From: Octopus sinensis | Lineage: Eukaryota | Assembly (NCBI RefSeq): GCF_006345805.1 | Contig: NW_021835088.1 | Span: 1-42,656, forward strand | Length of the DNA stretch: 42,656 bases | Reading direction: 5' to 3' | Part shown: positions 22,858 through 34,897 of the stretch, in pieces | Position numbering within the stretch: the stretch's first letter is position 1 | How the letters are laid out: every line of letters starts with the position of its first letter | The notes under the pieces: model-generated | What the model was told of the DNA's origin: nothing | What the model saw: only the letters and a program-made list of their open reading frames with translations | Databases searched by the model: none | Translations under genes and position numbers: made by a program

Positions 22858-23606
22858 AAAAATGGTAAATAATTTTCCTGTGGTTTTTCATGTAACCAAC
22901 ATTATTTACCGGTAAATTTCGGTATGTAAATACGACAAAATAATTGTCAAGACCTTTGTAAGGTTCAGTATATAGTAAAGAAAAATAAGTTGGCTAGCAG
23001 CAAGCTGTTTCGCCTCATACCGAAGGAATTAGAAATGGCAGTCAAAGACCGTTTTTTCCATTTCTATAAGTGGAGATTCCAAAAACGAAGGCCCTTGCGG
23101 CTCACATACACAAAACCGGAGTGGCAAATATACGAATTCAGTCACTTACCGTTAATAGCGAACACGGTGTTTCTGGATCACAAACATATAAAAAAAGGGG
23201 AGTTTGAATTCCGTCATCAGCGCTATATTCGATAGCTTTATCAAAAGCCACCAGCCCCCACTTCTGACCCAGCGACATCAGATAGTGGGGGGAAGTGCGC
23301 AGATGTTAAAACCAAGTAACGACTGGGAACGTAAATTTTCCCTCCAAAATTCTGCCATGCGCGCCTTCTGGGTAATCGTAATGGAATGAGGAATCCACAT
23401 GGTAATACAATAAAAATGGTAAATAATTTTCCTGTGGTTTTTCATGTAACCAACAATTATTTACCGGTAAATTTCGGTATGTAAATACGACAAAATAATT
23501 GTCAAGACCTTTGTAAGGTTCAGTATATAGTAAAGAAAAATAAGGTTTCGCCTCATACCGAAGGAATTAGAAATGGCAGTCAAAGACCGTTTTTTCCATT
23601 TCTATA
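22852..23606 (-). mobile_element. About 1.4 tandem copies of a 554-bp non-coding unit with a hammerhead
   Basis: 22852-23068 is repeated at 23406-23606 (17-bp deletion in the second copy). (TA)n lies on the left. Confidence 0.8.
23155..23226 (-). ncRNA. Type I hammerhead ribozyme (one mismatch at the base of stem II)
   Basis: Minus strand: ATAGCG-CTGATGA-C-GGA..CAAAC..GTTTG..TCC-A-GAAA-CAC-C-GTG-TT-CGCTAT. Stem I is a perfect 6 bp and the triplet is GUU. Confidence 0.65.
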
Positions 23607-24354
23607 CACACATATATAAGGCGGTACTACAACATGGCTGCAGTCAAATGACTGAAACAAGTAAAAATTTAAAAGAATATATATGTATGCATGTATGTAT
23701 GCACGTGTGTGTTCGTATGTATGTACAGGGTGGTAGAGATACAGATGAATAAATGCATAGAGACAGACAGACATAAAGGCAGGCAGGCAAATAGTTAGAG
23801 ATAGATAGATAGACAGATAGAGAGAGAGGAAGAGAGAGAGAGAGAGAAAGAGAGAGAGGTACACAAACTTTCTCACATACGTACGCACGGAAACATCACA
23901 AATGCTCAGACTTAAATACATACCCTTCTTTTATAATGCACGTGTGTGTGTGTGTATGTGTGTGTGTGCGTGTGTGTGTGCGTGTGTGCGGATGTACAGT
24001 AACGTTCCCCCCCCCACACACACACACATCCTAATTTCCAGTTTTTCAGATTGTAACGCTGATAACATCACGAAAATTTACTGTAGTCCAGTGTTATCAG
24101 ATTTGATGAGAACGGGAGTCAGGCAAAGGTGGGGAGGAGTGTAAGTAAATTATAATGTTTCACTGGCCATCACTTCTGACTGAGCAGTGTCCAAAAGAGA
24201 GGCCAGAGGTCAGAGCTAGGCTGTTACCCCCATCAGTCAACGTATCAAACCAAACGAGATTTCAATCTGTCGTCTGCAATGTCTTTAAGAAACTGAAATT
24301 TTCATTTTTTGATTATTTCTCTCGGCGACTGTTGTTAGCGAGAATCTAATGTAA

Positions 24355-24890
24355 TCTATCTGTCTACCAACCTACCTACATACCTACCTACCTACCTACC
24401 TACCAACCTACCTACCAACCTACCTACCAACCTACCTACCAACCTACCTACCTACCTACCTACCTACCAACCTTCCTACCTACCTACTTATACCTACCAA
24501 CCTACCTACCTACCTACCTACCTACCTACCTACTTATACCTACCAACCTACCTACCTACCTACCTACCTACCAACCTACCTACCAACCTACCTACCAACC
24601 TACCTACCAACCTACCTACCTACCTACCTACCTTCCTACCTACCTACTTATACCTACCACCTACCTACCTACCTACCTACCTACCTTCCTACCTACATAC
24701 TTATACCTACCAACCTACCTACCTACCTACCTACCTACCTACCTACTTATCTACCTATCTATCTATCGATCTGTCTATCCATCAATCTATCTATCTATCT
24801 ATCTGTCTGTCTGTCAGTTTGTCTGTCTATCTGTTTATCTATCTATCTGTATATCTATCTGTCTGTCTATCTATCTATCTATCTATCTAC

Positions 24891-24967
<77 letters not shown>

Positions 24968-24995
24968 CCTACATATTTATCTATCGATCCGTATC
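24355..24995. repeat. (CCTA/CCAA)n then (TCTA)n compound microsatellite
   Basis: Direct inspection. The TTATACCTACC variant recurs as a higher-order pattern. Confidence 0.95.
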
Positions 24996-25027
24996 TACCT
25001 GTCAGTCTATGGCAAGAAATTCCCTTC

Positions 25028-25145
25028 CTAACCATATGGTTCCGGGTTCAGTCGCACGGCATGTTTCCTTAAGCATCTTTCACAATAGCTTCGGGCTGAC
25101 CAAAGCCTTCTGGATTTGGTAGACGGAAACTGAAAGAAGCCTGCC

Positions 25146-25147
<2 letters not shown>
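25028..25147 (+). mobile_element. SINE family A, 5'-truncated
   Basis: CATATGGTTCCGGGTTCAGTC...GGTAGACGGAAACTGAAAGAAGCC followed by (TA)n. Confidence 0.8.
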
Positions 25148-25192
<45 letters not shown>

Positions 25193-25382
25193 TAATTAAT
25201 AAGGGTGAGAGAATTAGATACTAATTTAATAGTATATCTATTCAACACCAAGTGGCCTAGTGGCTCCGCGCTGTTAGTTGGGGCATTTGAATTATAACGT
25301 CGGATGTAATCAATTGAACCACACGCGTATTTATCGTTATGGTAAAATCTGGCGTGTGATTGAGTGGATTTCATCCAGATAG

Positions 25383-25464
25383 TTTTGGCTGACGAGCTAC
25401 AAGTGGATTTTTTTGTAAGTAAAATTACATTTAATTCATTAATAGCGAAACAATTGTCCCAAAA
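25383..25464 (+). ncRNA. Type I hammerhead ribozyme (array copy 1)
   Basis: TTTTGG-CTGACGA-GCTA...TAGC-GAAA-CAATTG-TC-CCAAAA. The core is a perfect match to consensus; GUC after 25458. Confidence 0.9.
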
Positions 25465-25915
25465 TAATCTGTATTTTGTTATTTTTTATTTGCCCTGTCC
25501 TGTGAGCTAACAATCGTACTGACTTTCATGGGAAACATGTATTTTTGTGGTTGAAACCTTTTGGATTAACTGGTGCTAGAGTGAGCCATATAGTGACCAC
25601 TCTCTTATATTTATTTTGTAAAAATATTATAATATATTATAAAATATTATAATAATCCAGGTTTCTCGGAGCACTAGGCCACTTGGTGTTGAATAGATAT
25701 ACTATTAAATTAGTATCTAATTCTCTCACCCTTATTAATTAATTATAATTATGCTGCATTTATTTCTAAATGCAGTATTTGTTTTCCGTGAAAGTTTGGC
25801 GCGCTGTTAGTTGGGGCATTTGAATTATAACGTCGGATGTAATCAATTGAACCACACGCGTATTTATCGTTATGGTAAAATCTGGCGTGTGATTGAGTGG
25901 ATTTCATCCAGATAG

Positions 25916-25997
25916 TTTTGGCTGACGAGCTACAAGTGGATTTTTTTGTAAGTAAAATTACATTTAATTCATTAATAGCGAAACAATTGTCCCAAAA
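25916..25997 (+). ncRNA. Type I hammerhead ribozyme (array copy 2)
   Basis: Identical motif; GUC after 25991. Confidence 0.9.
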
Positions 25998-26445
25998 TAA
26001 TCTGTATTTTGTTATTTTTTATTTGCCCTGTCCGTGTGAGCTAACAATCGTACTGACTTTCATGGGAAACATTATTTTTGTGGTTGAAACCTTTTGGATT
26101 AACTGGTGCTAGAGTGAGCCATATAGTGACCACTCTCTTATATTTATTTTGTAAAAATATTATAATATATTATAAAATATTATAATAATCCAGGTTTCTC
26201 GGAGCACTAGGCCACTTGGTGTTGAATAGATATACTATTAAATTAGTATCTAATTCTCTCACCCTTATTAATTAATTATAATTATGCTGCGTTTATTTCT
26301 AAATGCAGTATTTTTTCCGTGAAAGTTTGGCGCGCTGTTAGTTGGGGCATTTGAATTATAACGTCGGATGTAATCAATTGAACCACACGCGTATTTATCG
26401 TTATGGTAAAATCTGGCGTGTGATTGAGTGGATTTCATCAGATAG

Positions 26446-26527
26446 TTTTGGCTGACGAGCTACAAGTGGATTTTTTTGTAAGTAAAATTACATTTAATTC
26501 ATTAATAGCGAAACAATTGTCCCAAAA
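26446..26527 (+). ncRNA. Type I hammerhead ribozyme (array copy 3)
   Basis: Identical motif; GUC after 26521. Confidence 0.9.
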
Positions 26528-26675
26528 TAATCTGTATTTTGTTATTTTTTATTTGCCCTGTCCGTGTGAGCTAACAATCGTACTGACTTTCATGGGAAAC
26601 ATGTATTTTTGTGGTTGAAACCTTTTGGATTAACTGGTGCTAGAGTGAGCCATATAGTGACCACTCTCTTATATT

Positions 26676-26707
<32 letters not shown>

Positions 26708-26715
<8 letters not shown>

Positions 26716-26895
26716 AAATGAAGAAAATGCTGACAAATAATTGAAGTAATTTAAGTAATTTAATTAGGTGTAAGTTCTTTTTACCGGTTGCGCATTTGTT
26801 ATGCTTATCAATGCGCAACCGGTAAAAAGAACTTTCACCTAATTAAATTACTTAATTACTTCATTATTTGTCAGCATTTTCTTCATTTTCTTTTA
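26708..26895. repeat. Near-perfect ~190-bp hairpin (arms about 85 bp)
   Basis: 26712-26796 is inverted relative to 26810-26893, with a loop of about 13 nt and (TA)n on both sides. Confidence 0.9.
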
Positions 26896-26913
26896 TATAT
26901 ATATATATATATA

Positions 26914-29485
26914 TATGTTAATAAAATAGAATATATGCATATATATAAACATATATGTACGTACCTACCTCTACATGTACATATACACACGCACATATGT
27001 GTACAGGACACCAAAAAGACGTCGAACCACATAGAGAGACGAAACACATAGACACAAACCAAGGAACAAGACAAGCAAAAAAAAAAAGGGGAGATACAGG
27101 ACAATAAGCACAACGAAAAATCCCCTTCTTCAGTCGCTAAGATTTCATCTACTAACGTTTCGAAGGATAAAAGCGAACGTATACTTCGAAGAAAAATTCC
27201 TTCCCGCGAAAAGCAAATCAATTAAAATTCTGAGATCTTTTCGCAGAGGGGTAAAAAAAAGCAAGACGGTAACGACAGTACAAACATATAAACATAAAAA
27301 ATATATATATAAACAGTGAAAAATAAATATATAACAGTGAGAGACAAGACAAGGAGAACAAGATAAGAAGGGCTTTAACGCCAGACGAAAAAAGTATTGT
27401 AAACGCTGGATTATCGTGGAAGACAGAGAGGAAAATTTGTCGACCAGAAGCCTTACAAGGCGGGCGAGAAAGGACAGGATAGCAGTTACGACGGAAGTAT
27501 CGTCGCAGATGGATGACGGGAATGGGGGAGGAGGAGCAAGAGGAAGAGAGAGAAGAAGGGGAATGGTGCGAGGAGACCATGAAGAATGGTGAAAGGGAGA
27601 GAGAGAATGAAGAATGAGAGAGAGAGGAAGAGACAAGTTAAGTGAGGGAAAAAAAGACGAAAAAGGGAATGGAGAGAAAGAAAGAAAGATGCAGAGTCGC
27701 GTGAGAGTTAATATCAAGGCTAACTTGATAAACAGAACAATCTTACTTAGTAGGGGCGTGCGTTTAGTCGTATAATATGTTATAATAAGAATATATGCAT
27801 ATATATAACATATATGTACGTACCTACCTCTACATGTACATATACACGCATATATGTGTACAGGACACCAAAAAGACGTCGAACACATAGAGAGACGAAA
27901 CACATAGACACAAACCAAGGAACAAGACAAGCAAAAAAAAAAAGGAGAGATACAGGACAATAAGCACAACGAAAAATCCCCTTCTTCAGTCGCTAAGATT
28001 TCATCTACTAAACGTTTCGAAGGATAAAAGCGAGACGTATACTTCGAAGAAAAATTCCTTCCCGCGAAAAGCAAATCAATTAAAATTCTGAGATCTTTTC
28101 GCAGAGGGGTAAAAAAAAGCAAGACGGTAACGACAGTACAAACATATAAACAGTAAAAATATATATATAACAGTGGAAAAATAAATATATAACAGTGAGA
28201 GACAAGACAAGGAGAACAAGATAAGAAGGGCTGTTAACCGCCAGACGAAAAAAGTATTGTAAACGCTGGATTATCGTGGAAGACAGAGAGGGAAAATTTG
28301 TCGACCAGAAGCCTTACAAGGCGGGCGAGAAAGGACAGGATAGCAGTTACGACGGAAGTATCGTCGCAGATGGATGACGGGAATGGGGGAGGAGGAGCAA
28401 GAGGAAGAGAGAGAAGAAGGGGATGGTGCGAGGAGACCATGAAGAATGGTGAAAGGAGAGAGAGAATGAAGAATGAGAGAGAGAGGAAGAGACAAGTTAA
28501 GTGAGGGAAAAAAAGACGAAAAAGGGAATGGGAGAGAAAGAAAGAAAGATGCAGAGTCGCGTGAGAGTTAATATCAAGGCTAACTTGATAACAGAACAAT
28601 CTTACTTAGTAGGGTGCGTGCGTTTAGTCGTATAATATGTTAATAAAATAGAATATATGCATATATATAAACATATATGTACGTACCTACCTCTACATGT
28701 ACATATACACGCATATATGTGTACAGGACACCAAAAAGACGTCGAACACATAGAGAGACGAAACACATAGACACAAACCAAGGAACAAGACAAGCAAAAA
28801 AAAAAAGGGAGAGATACAGGACAATAAGCACAACGAAAAATCCCCTTCTTCAGTCGCTAAGATTTCATCTACTAAACGTTTCGAAGGATAAAAGCGAGAC
28901 GTATACTTCGAAGAAAAATCCTTCCCGCGAAAAGCAAATCAATTAAAATTCTGAGATCTTTTCGCAGAGGGGTAAAAAAAAGCAAGACGGTAACGACAGT
29001 ACAAACATATAAACAGTATAAAATATATATATAACAGTGGAAAAATAAATATTAACAGTGAGAGACAAGACAAGGAGAACAAGATAAGAAGGGCTGTTAA
29101 CGCCAGACGAAAAAAGTATTGTAAACGCTGGATTATCGTGGAAGACAGAGAGGGAAAATTTGTCGACCAGAAGCCTTACAAGGCGGGCGAGAAAGGACAG
29201 GATAGCAGTTACGACGGAAGTATCGTCGCAGATGGATGACGGGAATGGGGGAGGAGGAGCAAGGGAGGAGAGAGAAGAAGGGGAATGGTGCGAGGAGACC
29301 ATGAAGAATGGTGAAAGGGAGAGAGAGAATGAAGAATGAGAGAGAGAGGAAGAGACAAGTTAAGTGAGGGAAAAAAAGACGAAAAAGGGAATGGGAGAGA
29401 AAGAAAGAAAGATGCAGAGTCGCGTGAGAGTTAATATCAAGGCTAACTTGATAAACAGAACAATCTTACTTAGTAGGGTGCGTGC

Positions 29486-29488
<3 letters not shown>
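26914..29488. repeat. Three head-to-tail copies of an ~860-bp unit
   Basis: The landmark TCTTACTTAG ends at 27750, 28609 and 29473. Copies differ mainly by 1-bp indels and the flanks are (TA)n. Confidence 0.9.
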
Positions 29489-29540
<52 letters not shown>

Positions 29541-29689
29541 TGTGTATGTGTGTGTATGTGTGTGTATGTATGTGTGTGTGCGTGTGTGTGTAGTTTTCTT
29601 TTCCATTAAGCACCCCCAATCGGTGAGATATAAATGTTGCGTAATGTACAGAGTATATATATATATGTATTTTTTCTTCTTTTTCTTTT

Positions 29690-29988
29690 ACGTGTTTTAG
29701 TCATTTGACTGCGGCCATGCTGGAGCATCGCCTTTTGTCGAACAAATCGACCCCAGGACTTATTCTTTCTATGCCTAGTACTTATTCTATCGGTCTCTTT
29801 TGCCGAACCGCTTACTTTCGCGTACGTAAACACACCAACATCCGTCGACAAGCGATGGTGTGTGGAGGGGGGAAACACAGACATACGCACACGCACACGC
29901 ACAAACACACACACACACACACACACAAACATATATATATATACATGACAGGTTTCTCTCAGTTTCCGCCTACCAAATCCACTCCCAA

Positions 29989-29990
<2 letters not shown>
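29690..29990 (-). mobile_element. Composite SINE (family C module plus 3' end of family A)
   Basis: CAGTCATTTGACTGCGGCCATGCTGGAGC... then microsatellite, then TTTCTCTCAGTTTCCGCCTACCAAATCCACTC. Confidence 0.8.
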
Positions 29991-30026
<36 letters not shown>

Positions 30027-30119
30027 TATACATGTATGTATGTATGTATGTATGTATTATGTATGTATGTATGTATGTATGTATATATATGTATGTATTA
30101 TAATAATAATAATAATATA

Positions 30120-30600
30120 AATAACATATAAATATATGCATATATACATATATGTACATACCTACATCTATATGTATATATACATGCATTTATGGGTGCA
30201 GAACATCTAAAAAAAACGCTGAACACAATGAGAAACGAAAACATAAAAACAAAATCATGGAAACGAACCATTTTTTCAAACAACGAAAAAACAGAGTGCA
30301 AGAAACAACGCAAGGAATATTCCCCTTCTTCAGTTGTCCCTGTTTCATCTACTCCGCGTTTTCGAAGGTAAGGACAAGACGCGACTTCGTTGAAACAGTA
30401 CTTCCCGTAAAGCAAATTAAATAAAATTGGGGATTTTTTGCGGAGGGGTAAAATTGGTAACAAGAACAGGACAGTAAGAAAAAAACAAGACAGTAAAAAC
30501 TGAGTTATTCTCTTTGTTCTGCCTTTTACTGTTTTTACTGTTATTTAATAACGTAAACTTCACAGAACACAATTTTGTGATCTGTACCGTCGACCTATAA
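30120..30600. repeat. Diverged partial copy of the 860-bp unit
   Basis: Shares CCCCTTCTTCAGT...TTTCATCTACT...TTCGAAGG and flanking blocks with the 26914-29488 units. Confidence 0.7.
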
Positions 30601-30639
30601 TAGACTTCATAAGCAAGGACCTGGTTACAGGAAATTGAA

Positions 30640-31130
30640 GTCATCTTTCCCGAATTTGCTAAGCGGACGTTGACTTGTGAAATCACATTCAGCATCTGTT
30701 ATAAAGTTTAGGACGGACCTGGCTGTCAACTAAGTTCATAGTGAGGATCAACCCTTTGTCTTCTTTTGGCTGGGAAGGACTGGCAGGTTTTTTCTGTCTG
30801 TTAACTTTGACCAACGAGATTGAAAGAACTAAAGACAAAACACCTGCCTCTTTGGCCAAACTCCTCATCAACTTTTTAAAGTTCCACTTGAAAAGAGAAG
30901 CGGCGGTCACGAGGGAAATGCTATCACCCAGCAAATTTGTTGAAATTTAGATAAAAGTGACCAGCATGGTCCGAATGAAGAGGTCTGCTCTGTGCATGCG
31001 CCTGTAGATTGGTGGAGAACAACCGGAACGTGGACTTTCTGAACTTTCAACTCATAACTCTTAGTTATTACCCACCGACCCCAACATTTCTGGGAATAAA
31101 TCATTTTATTATTTTCTTCTGAAATTTCCT
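30640..31130 (+). mobile_element. Tx1/L1-like LINE 3' fragment
   Basis: The translation GRTWLSTKFIVRINPLSSFGWEGLAGFFCLL...LINFLKFHLKREAAVTREMLSPSKFVE resembles the C-terminal region of Tx1-type ORF2. A T-rich 3' tail follows. Confidence 0.65.
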
Positions 31131-31174
31131 TTGTTTATTGGTTTTATCTTTAATATACTGTAAAGGGTAAAGAC

Positions 31175-31456
31175 ATGAATGACCATGGAATTGCACATAG
31201 AAAGTTCCCCTCCGAGGTACAAGTCCAGGCAAGGTTGTTTATGGAAGTCTAGCAATCATCCATGCATACCAGCCTCCACTCTCTACACCACTGGTGTTAT
31301 CCAAGGAAAAGGCAAAGGCCGATACAGATTGGCACCAGTGGCGTCGCAATTCATTTCTACAAAGTGAAATAAAGTGTCCTGCTCAAGAACACAGCACACA
31401 GCCTGGTCCTGGAATCGAACTCACTAACTCATGATTGTGAGCCCGACGCTCTAAAC
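31175..31456 (-). mobile_element. tRNA-derived SINE
   Basis: Minus strand reads GGAGGCGCATGGCTTAGTGGTTTAGAGCGTCGGGCTCACAATCATGAG...GAGTTCGATTCCAGG (A and B boxes). Confidence 0.8.
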
Positions 31457-31734
31457 CACTAAGCCATGCGCCTCCACCAATATTCTGTAATCCCATACTG
31501 TATTATCCTGTACCCAGAGCCACAAAGCATTGGTACACTATGCGGTTGTCCAGGGGGGCCCACGAGTCTAGGCTCCACGTTCTCATCTCTTTATGTTGTT
31601 GCTTGCTGTCAAATGCCGTAGGGTCCAGGGCCCTGATTTTCCCAGGGGCCTGTAAAGCTTTTGAGACGATCCTACCTGTAACGTCGCCGTTGCATCTTCA
31701 TCCCTCGTGGTTAATAAAGAAAGCACCACAACTA

Positions 31735-31769
31735 CTATAGCTACCACCACCACCGCCACCGCCGCCGCC

Positions 31770-31840
<71 letters not shown>

Positions 31841-31850
31841 AACTACTACA

Positions 31851-31884
<34 letters not shown>

Positions 31885-32089
31885 ATACTCTTTTTGTAGC
31901 TGCATTTCGGTTAGGGAAATGTGAGTTTTCAGTAATATTAATGCCTTTTTAATAGGAACCAGATTCATAACGAAGAAGCAGGCAGAATGAGGTAAAGTTG
32001 ATGTTTTTTTTTTGTTTTATTTATACATATTTTAATTGACATTATTAATATACATTTTATTTATAATTATTATCATTATTATTATTATT

Positions 32090-32184
<95 letters not shown>

Positions 32185-32197
32185 CATCATCATCATT

Positions 32198-32253
<56 letters not shown>

Positions 32254-32375
32254 TATTATTATTATTATTATTATCATCATTATTATTATAATCATCATCA
32301 TCATCATCATCATCATTATTATCATTATTATCATTATTGTTGTCATTATTGGCGGTGGTGGTGGTAGTGGCGGCA
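31735..32375. repeat. (ACC)/(ACT)n and (ATT/ATC)n microsatellites
   Basis: Direct inspection. Confidence 0.9.
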
Positions 32376-33021
32376 TTTGTTGCTATCACAAGAAAAGATA
32401 ATTATGCGTATGATTTTCCAATCATCAATCATACCATCGTCGTTTATTAAGTCACTTATTACTCATCCCAATATAATTAAATCTTCGTCACGTGACCGGG
32501 TGCAGAACTATTTATCGTTGTAAGCATACATTAAATATTGCACACACACGCACATATATATATATAAATAGTTTAATGGTTCGTTAAGGTAGGATCAACA
32601 AAAATGTATTCCATCCAGAGAAAGAGAAATGATACGTGTGTGTTGTGTGTGTTGTGTATGTGTGTGTTGTGTGTGTGTGTGTGTGTGTGTGTTGTGTGTA
32701 TTGTGTATGTGTGTGTGTGCGTGTGTGTAACCTAAGCTGCCACCATTTTACCTACCCTGAAATATATGTAATCTGTCCATTACCTACACATCCACCCGTA
32801 TATTTGAGTTACTTTAGCAGATTCTCATTCAAAATTGCTGACTGGAGACCTGAGGTGTGATATTGTGTGAGGGTGGGTGTCATGTCAAATAGAGCATTGA
32901 TACACACACACACTTCTCTAACTTTATGTGTGTATGCGTTTGTATGTGTGCGTGCGTGCGTGTGTGTGTGTGTTTAAACATTGGGTATGTGTGAGTACCT
33001 AGTAGTTACCCAGTGAAGCAC

Positions 33022-33100
33022 GTTCACTGACTATGGCAGTTGTAAAGTATCCTACCTGCGAGGGATCGATTCAAGATGGGCCGAAACGATCGTTGTGAGC
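33022..33100 (+). ncRNA. Decayed hammerhead remnant
   Basis: Stem I GTTCAC/GTGAGC, GGC/GCC, and GAAACGATCGTT 33083-33094. The core is reduced to TGACTA. AATAAA follows. Confidence 0.35.
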
Positions 33101-33224
33101 AATAAAGTTTCTTGTATATTCCATGTTCCGTCTCCATCATTTGTTACATACACACACATAGAAACAGAGACACACAAACACATTTACATATATGCATCTA
33201 TGTATATATGTATATATATATGTA

Positions 33225-33940
33225 TATATATGTTAATAAAAGAACATATGCATATATATAAACATATATGTACGTACCTACCTCTACATGTACATATACA
33301 CGCATATATGTGTACAGGACACCAAAAAGACGTCGAACACATAGAGAGACGAAAAACAAGACACAAACCAAGGAACAGGACAAGAAAAAAAGGGGGGTAC
33401 AGGACAATGAGCACAACGAAAAAACCCCTTCTTCAGTCGCTAAGATTTCATCTACTCTACGTTTCGAAGGATAAAATCGAGACGTATCTTCGAAGAAACT
33501 TCCTTCCTGCGAAAAGCAATCAATTAAAATTCTGAGATCTTTTCGCAGAGGGGTAAAAAAATGGTAAAAACGCAAGACGGTAACGACAGTACAAACATAT
33601 AAACAGTAAAAAAATATATATAAACAGTGGAAAAATAAATATATAACAGTAAGAGACAGGACAAGGAGAACAAGATAAGAAGGGCTGTTTACGCCAGACG
33701 AAAAAAGTATTGCAAACGCTGGATTATAGTGGACGACGAGAGAGCAGGAATGTCGACCATAGCCTTAGAAGGCGGGCGAGAAAAGACAGGATAGCAGTTA
33801 CGACGGAAGTATCGTCGCAGATGGACGACGGAATGGGGAGGAGGAGCAAGAGGAAGGGAGAGAAGAGGGGAATGGTGCGAGGAGACCATGAAGAAGGGTG
33901 GGGGGGGAGAGAGAGAATGAAGAATGAGAGAGAGAGGATA
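33225..33940. repeat. Dispersed copy of the 860-bp unit (about 700 bp)
   Basis: Colinear with the 26914-29488 units but visibly more diverged. Confidence 0.85.
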
Positions 33941-33999
33941 TATATATTATATATATATTTTTGTAATTGTTATTGTTATTATTATTGTTGCTATAATTA

Positions 34000-34069
<70 letters not shown>

Positions 34070-34234
34070 TTTTATTATTATTATTATTATTATTATATTA
34101 TTATTATTATTATTATTATCATTATCATCATCATTATTATTATTATTATTATTTTATTATTATTATTATTTTATTACTATTATTATTATTATTATTATTA
34201 ATATTTTGATTATTATCATCAGAGCTTTCGCTCT

Positions 34235-34306
<72 letters not shown>

Positions 34307-34897
34307 TAGAGGTCACCAGCATAGAAAGGATTATTAAGGCAGACATCTTCCTCTTCGGTCAAGCCCGCATAGACTTTTATGAAGTTCAACTTAGAAAGAG
34401 TGAACGGGAAAGAGCTACCTGTGAATTTTTCAAAATTCTGGAACTATAGCAAAAATGGTCCACTCTAAGCAAGCACAAATTGGAAAGCAACATCTGGGAG
34501 AGGGCGATCAGGGTAATCCTGGATCTTTTGGGTTCCTTGATTGGCCCTGGATAGAGGATTTTTTGCATTCTGCATCAGGCAGGCCTCTTCATACAGATAT
34601 TTACATATACCATTTTATTTTCCTCTCTCTCTCCTTTTCTTCCTCCATCTTTTATGTAAGTCTCTACACAAATTGTAAAACATCCTCGTGGTGTCCTCTT
34701 CGACTATGACCCTATGACAAATAAAATACATCATTGTCGTCATCATCATCAGCATCGTCATCATCATCATCGTTCTGCTATTGTTATTAATTCTCATCCT
34801 CATCAGCATCATCGTCGTTGTCCTCCTCATCATTACCAGTGTTCTGTTCATAATTTACTTGACAACATAGTATTGTAACTATACAAAATTTGCGGAT

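Larger units (their letters stand above)
25191..26681 (+). mobile_element. Retrozyme-like array: 78-bp 5' inversion plus about 2.7 head-to-tail copies of a ~530-bp unit
   Basis: Near-identical units with periods 533 and 530 bp. 25191-25268 is the reverse complement of 25667-25743. (TA)n lies on both sides and each unit has one intact hammerhead. Confidence 0.9.

Noticed and set aside
27145-28122. Longest ORF (325 aa, minus strand)
   Set aside because: It lies in the 860-bp tandem repeat. The frame is not preserved between units, the composition is low-complexity (F/L/S), and there are no recognisable motifs.
25191-29488. CRISPR-like or satellite interpretation of the tandem arrays
   Set aside because: There are no short repeats with unique spacers and the context is eukaryotic. 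The units are few, dispersed and TA-flanked, unlike a satellite block.
34330-34600. Non-repetitive patch possibly from a LINE
   Set aside because: The translations on both strands gave no motif I could assign.
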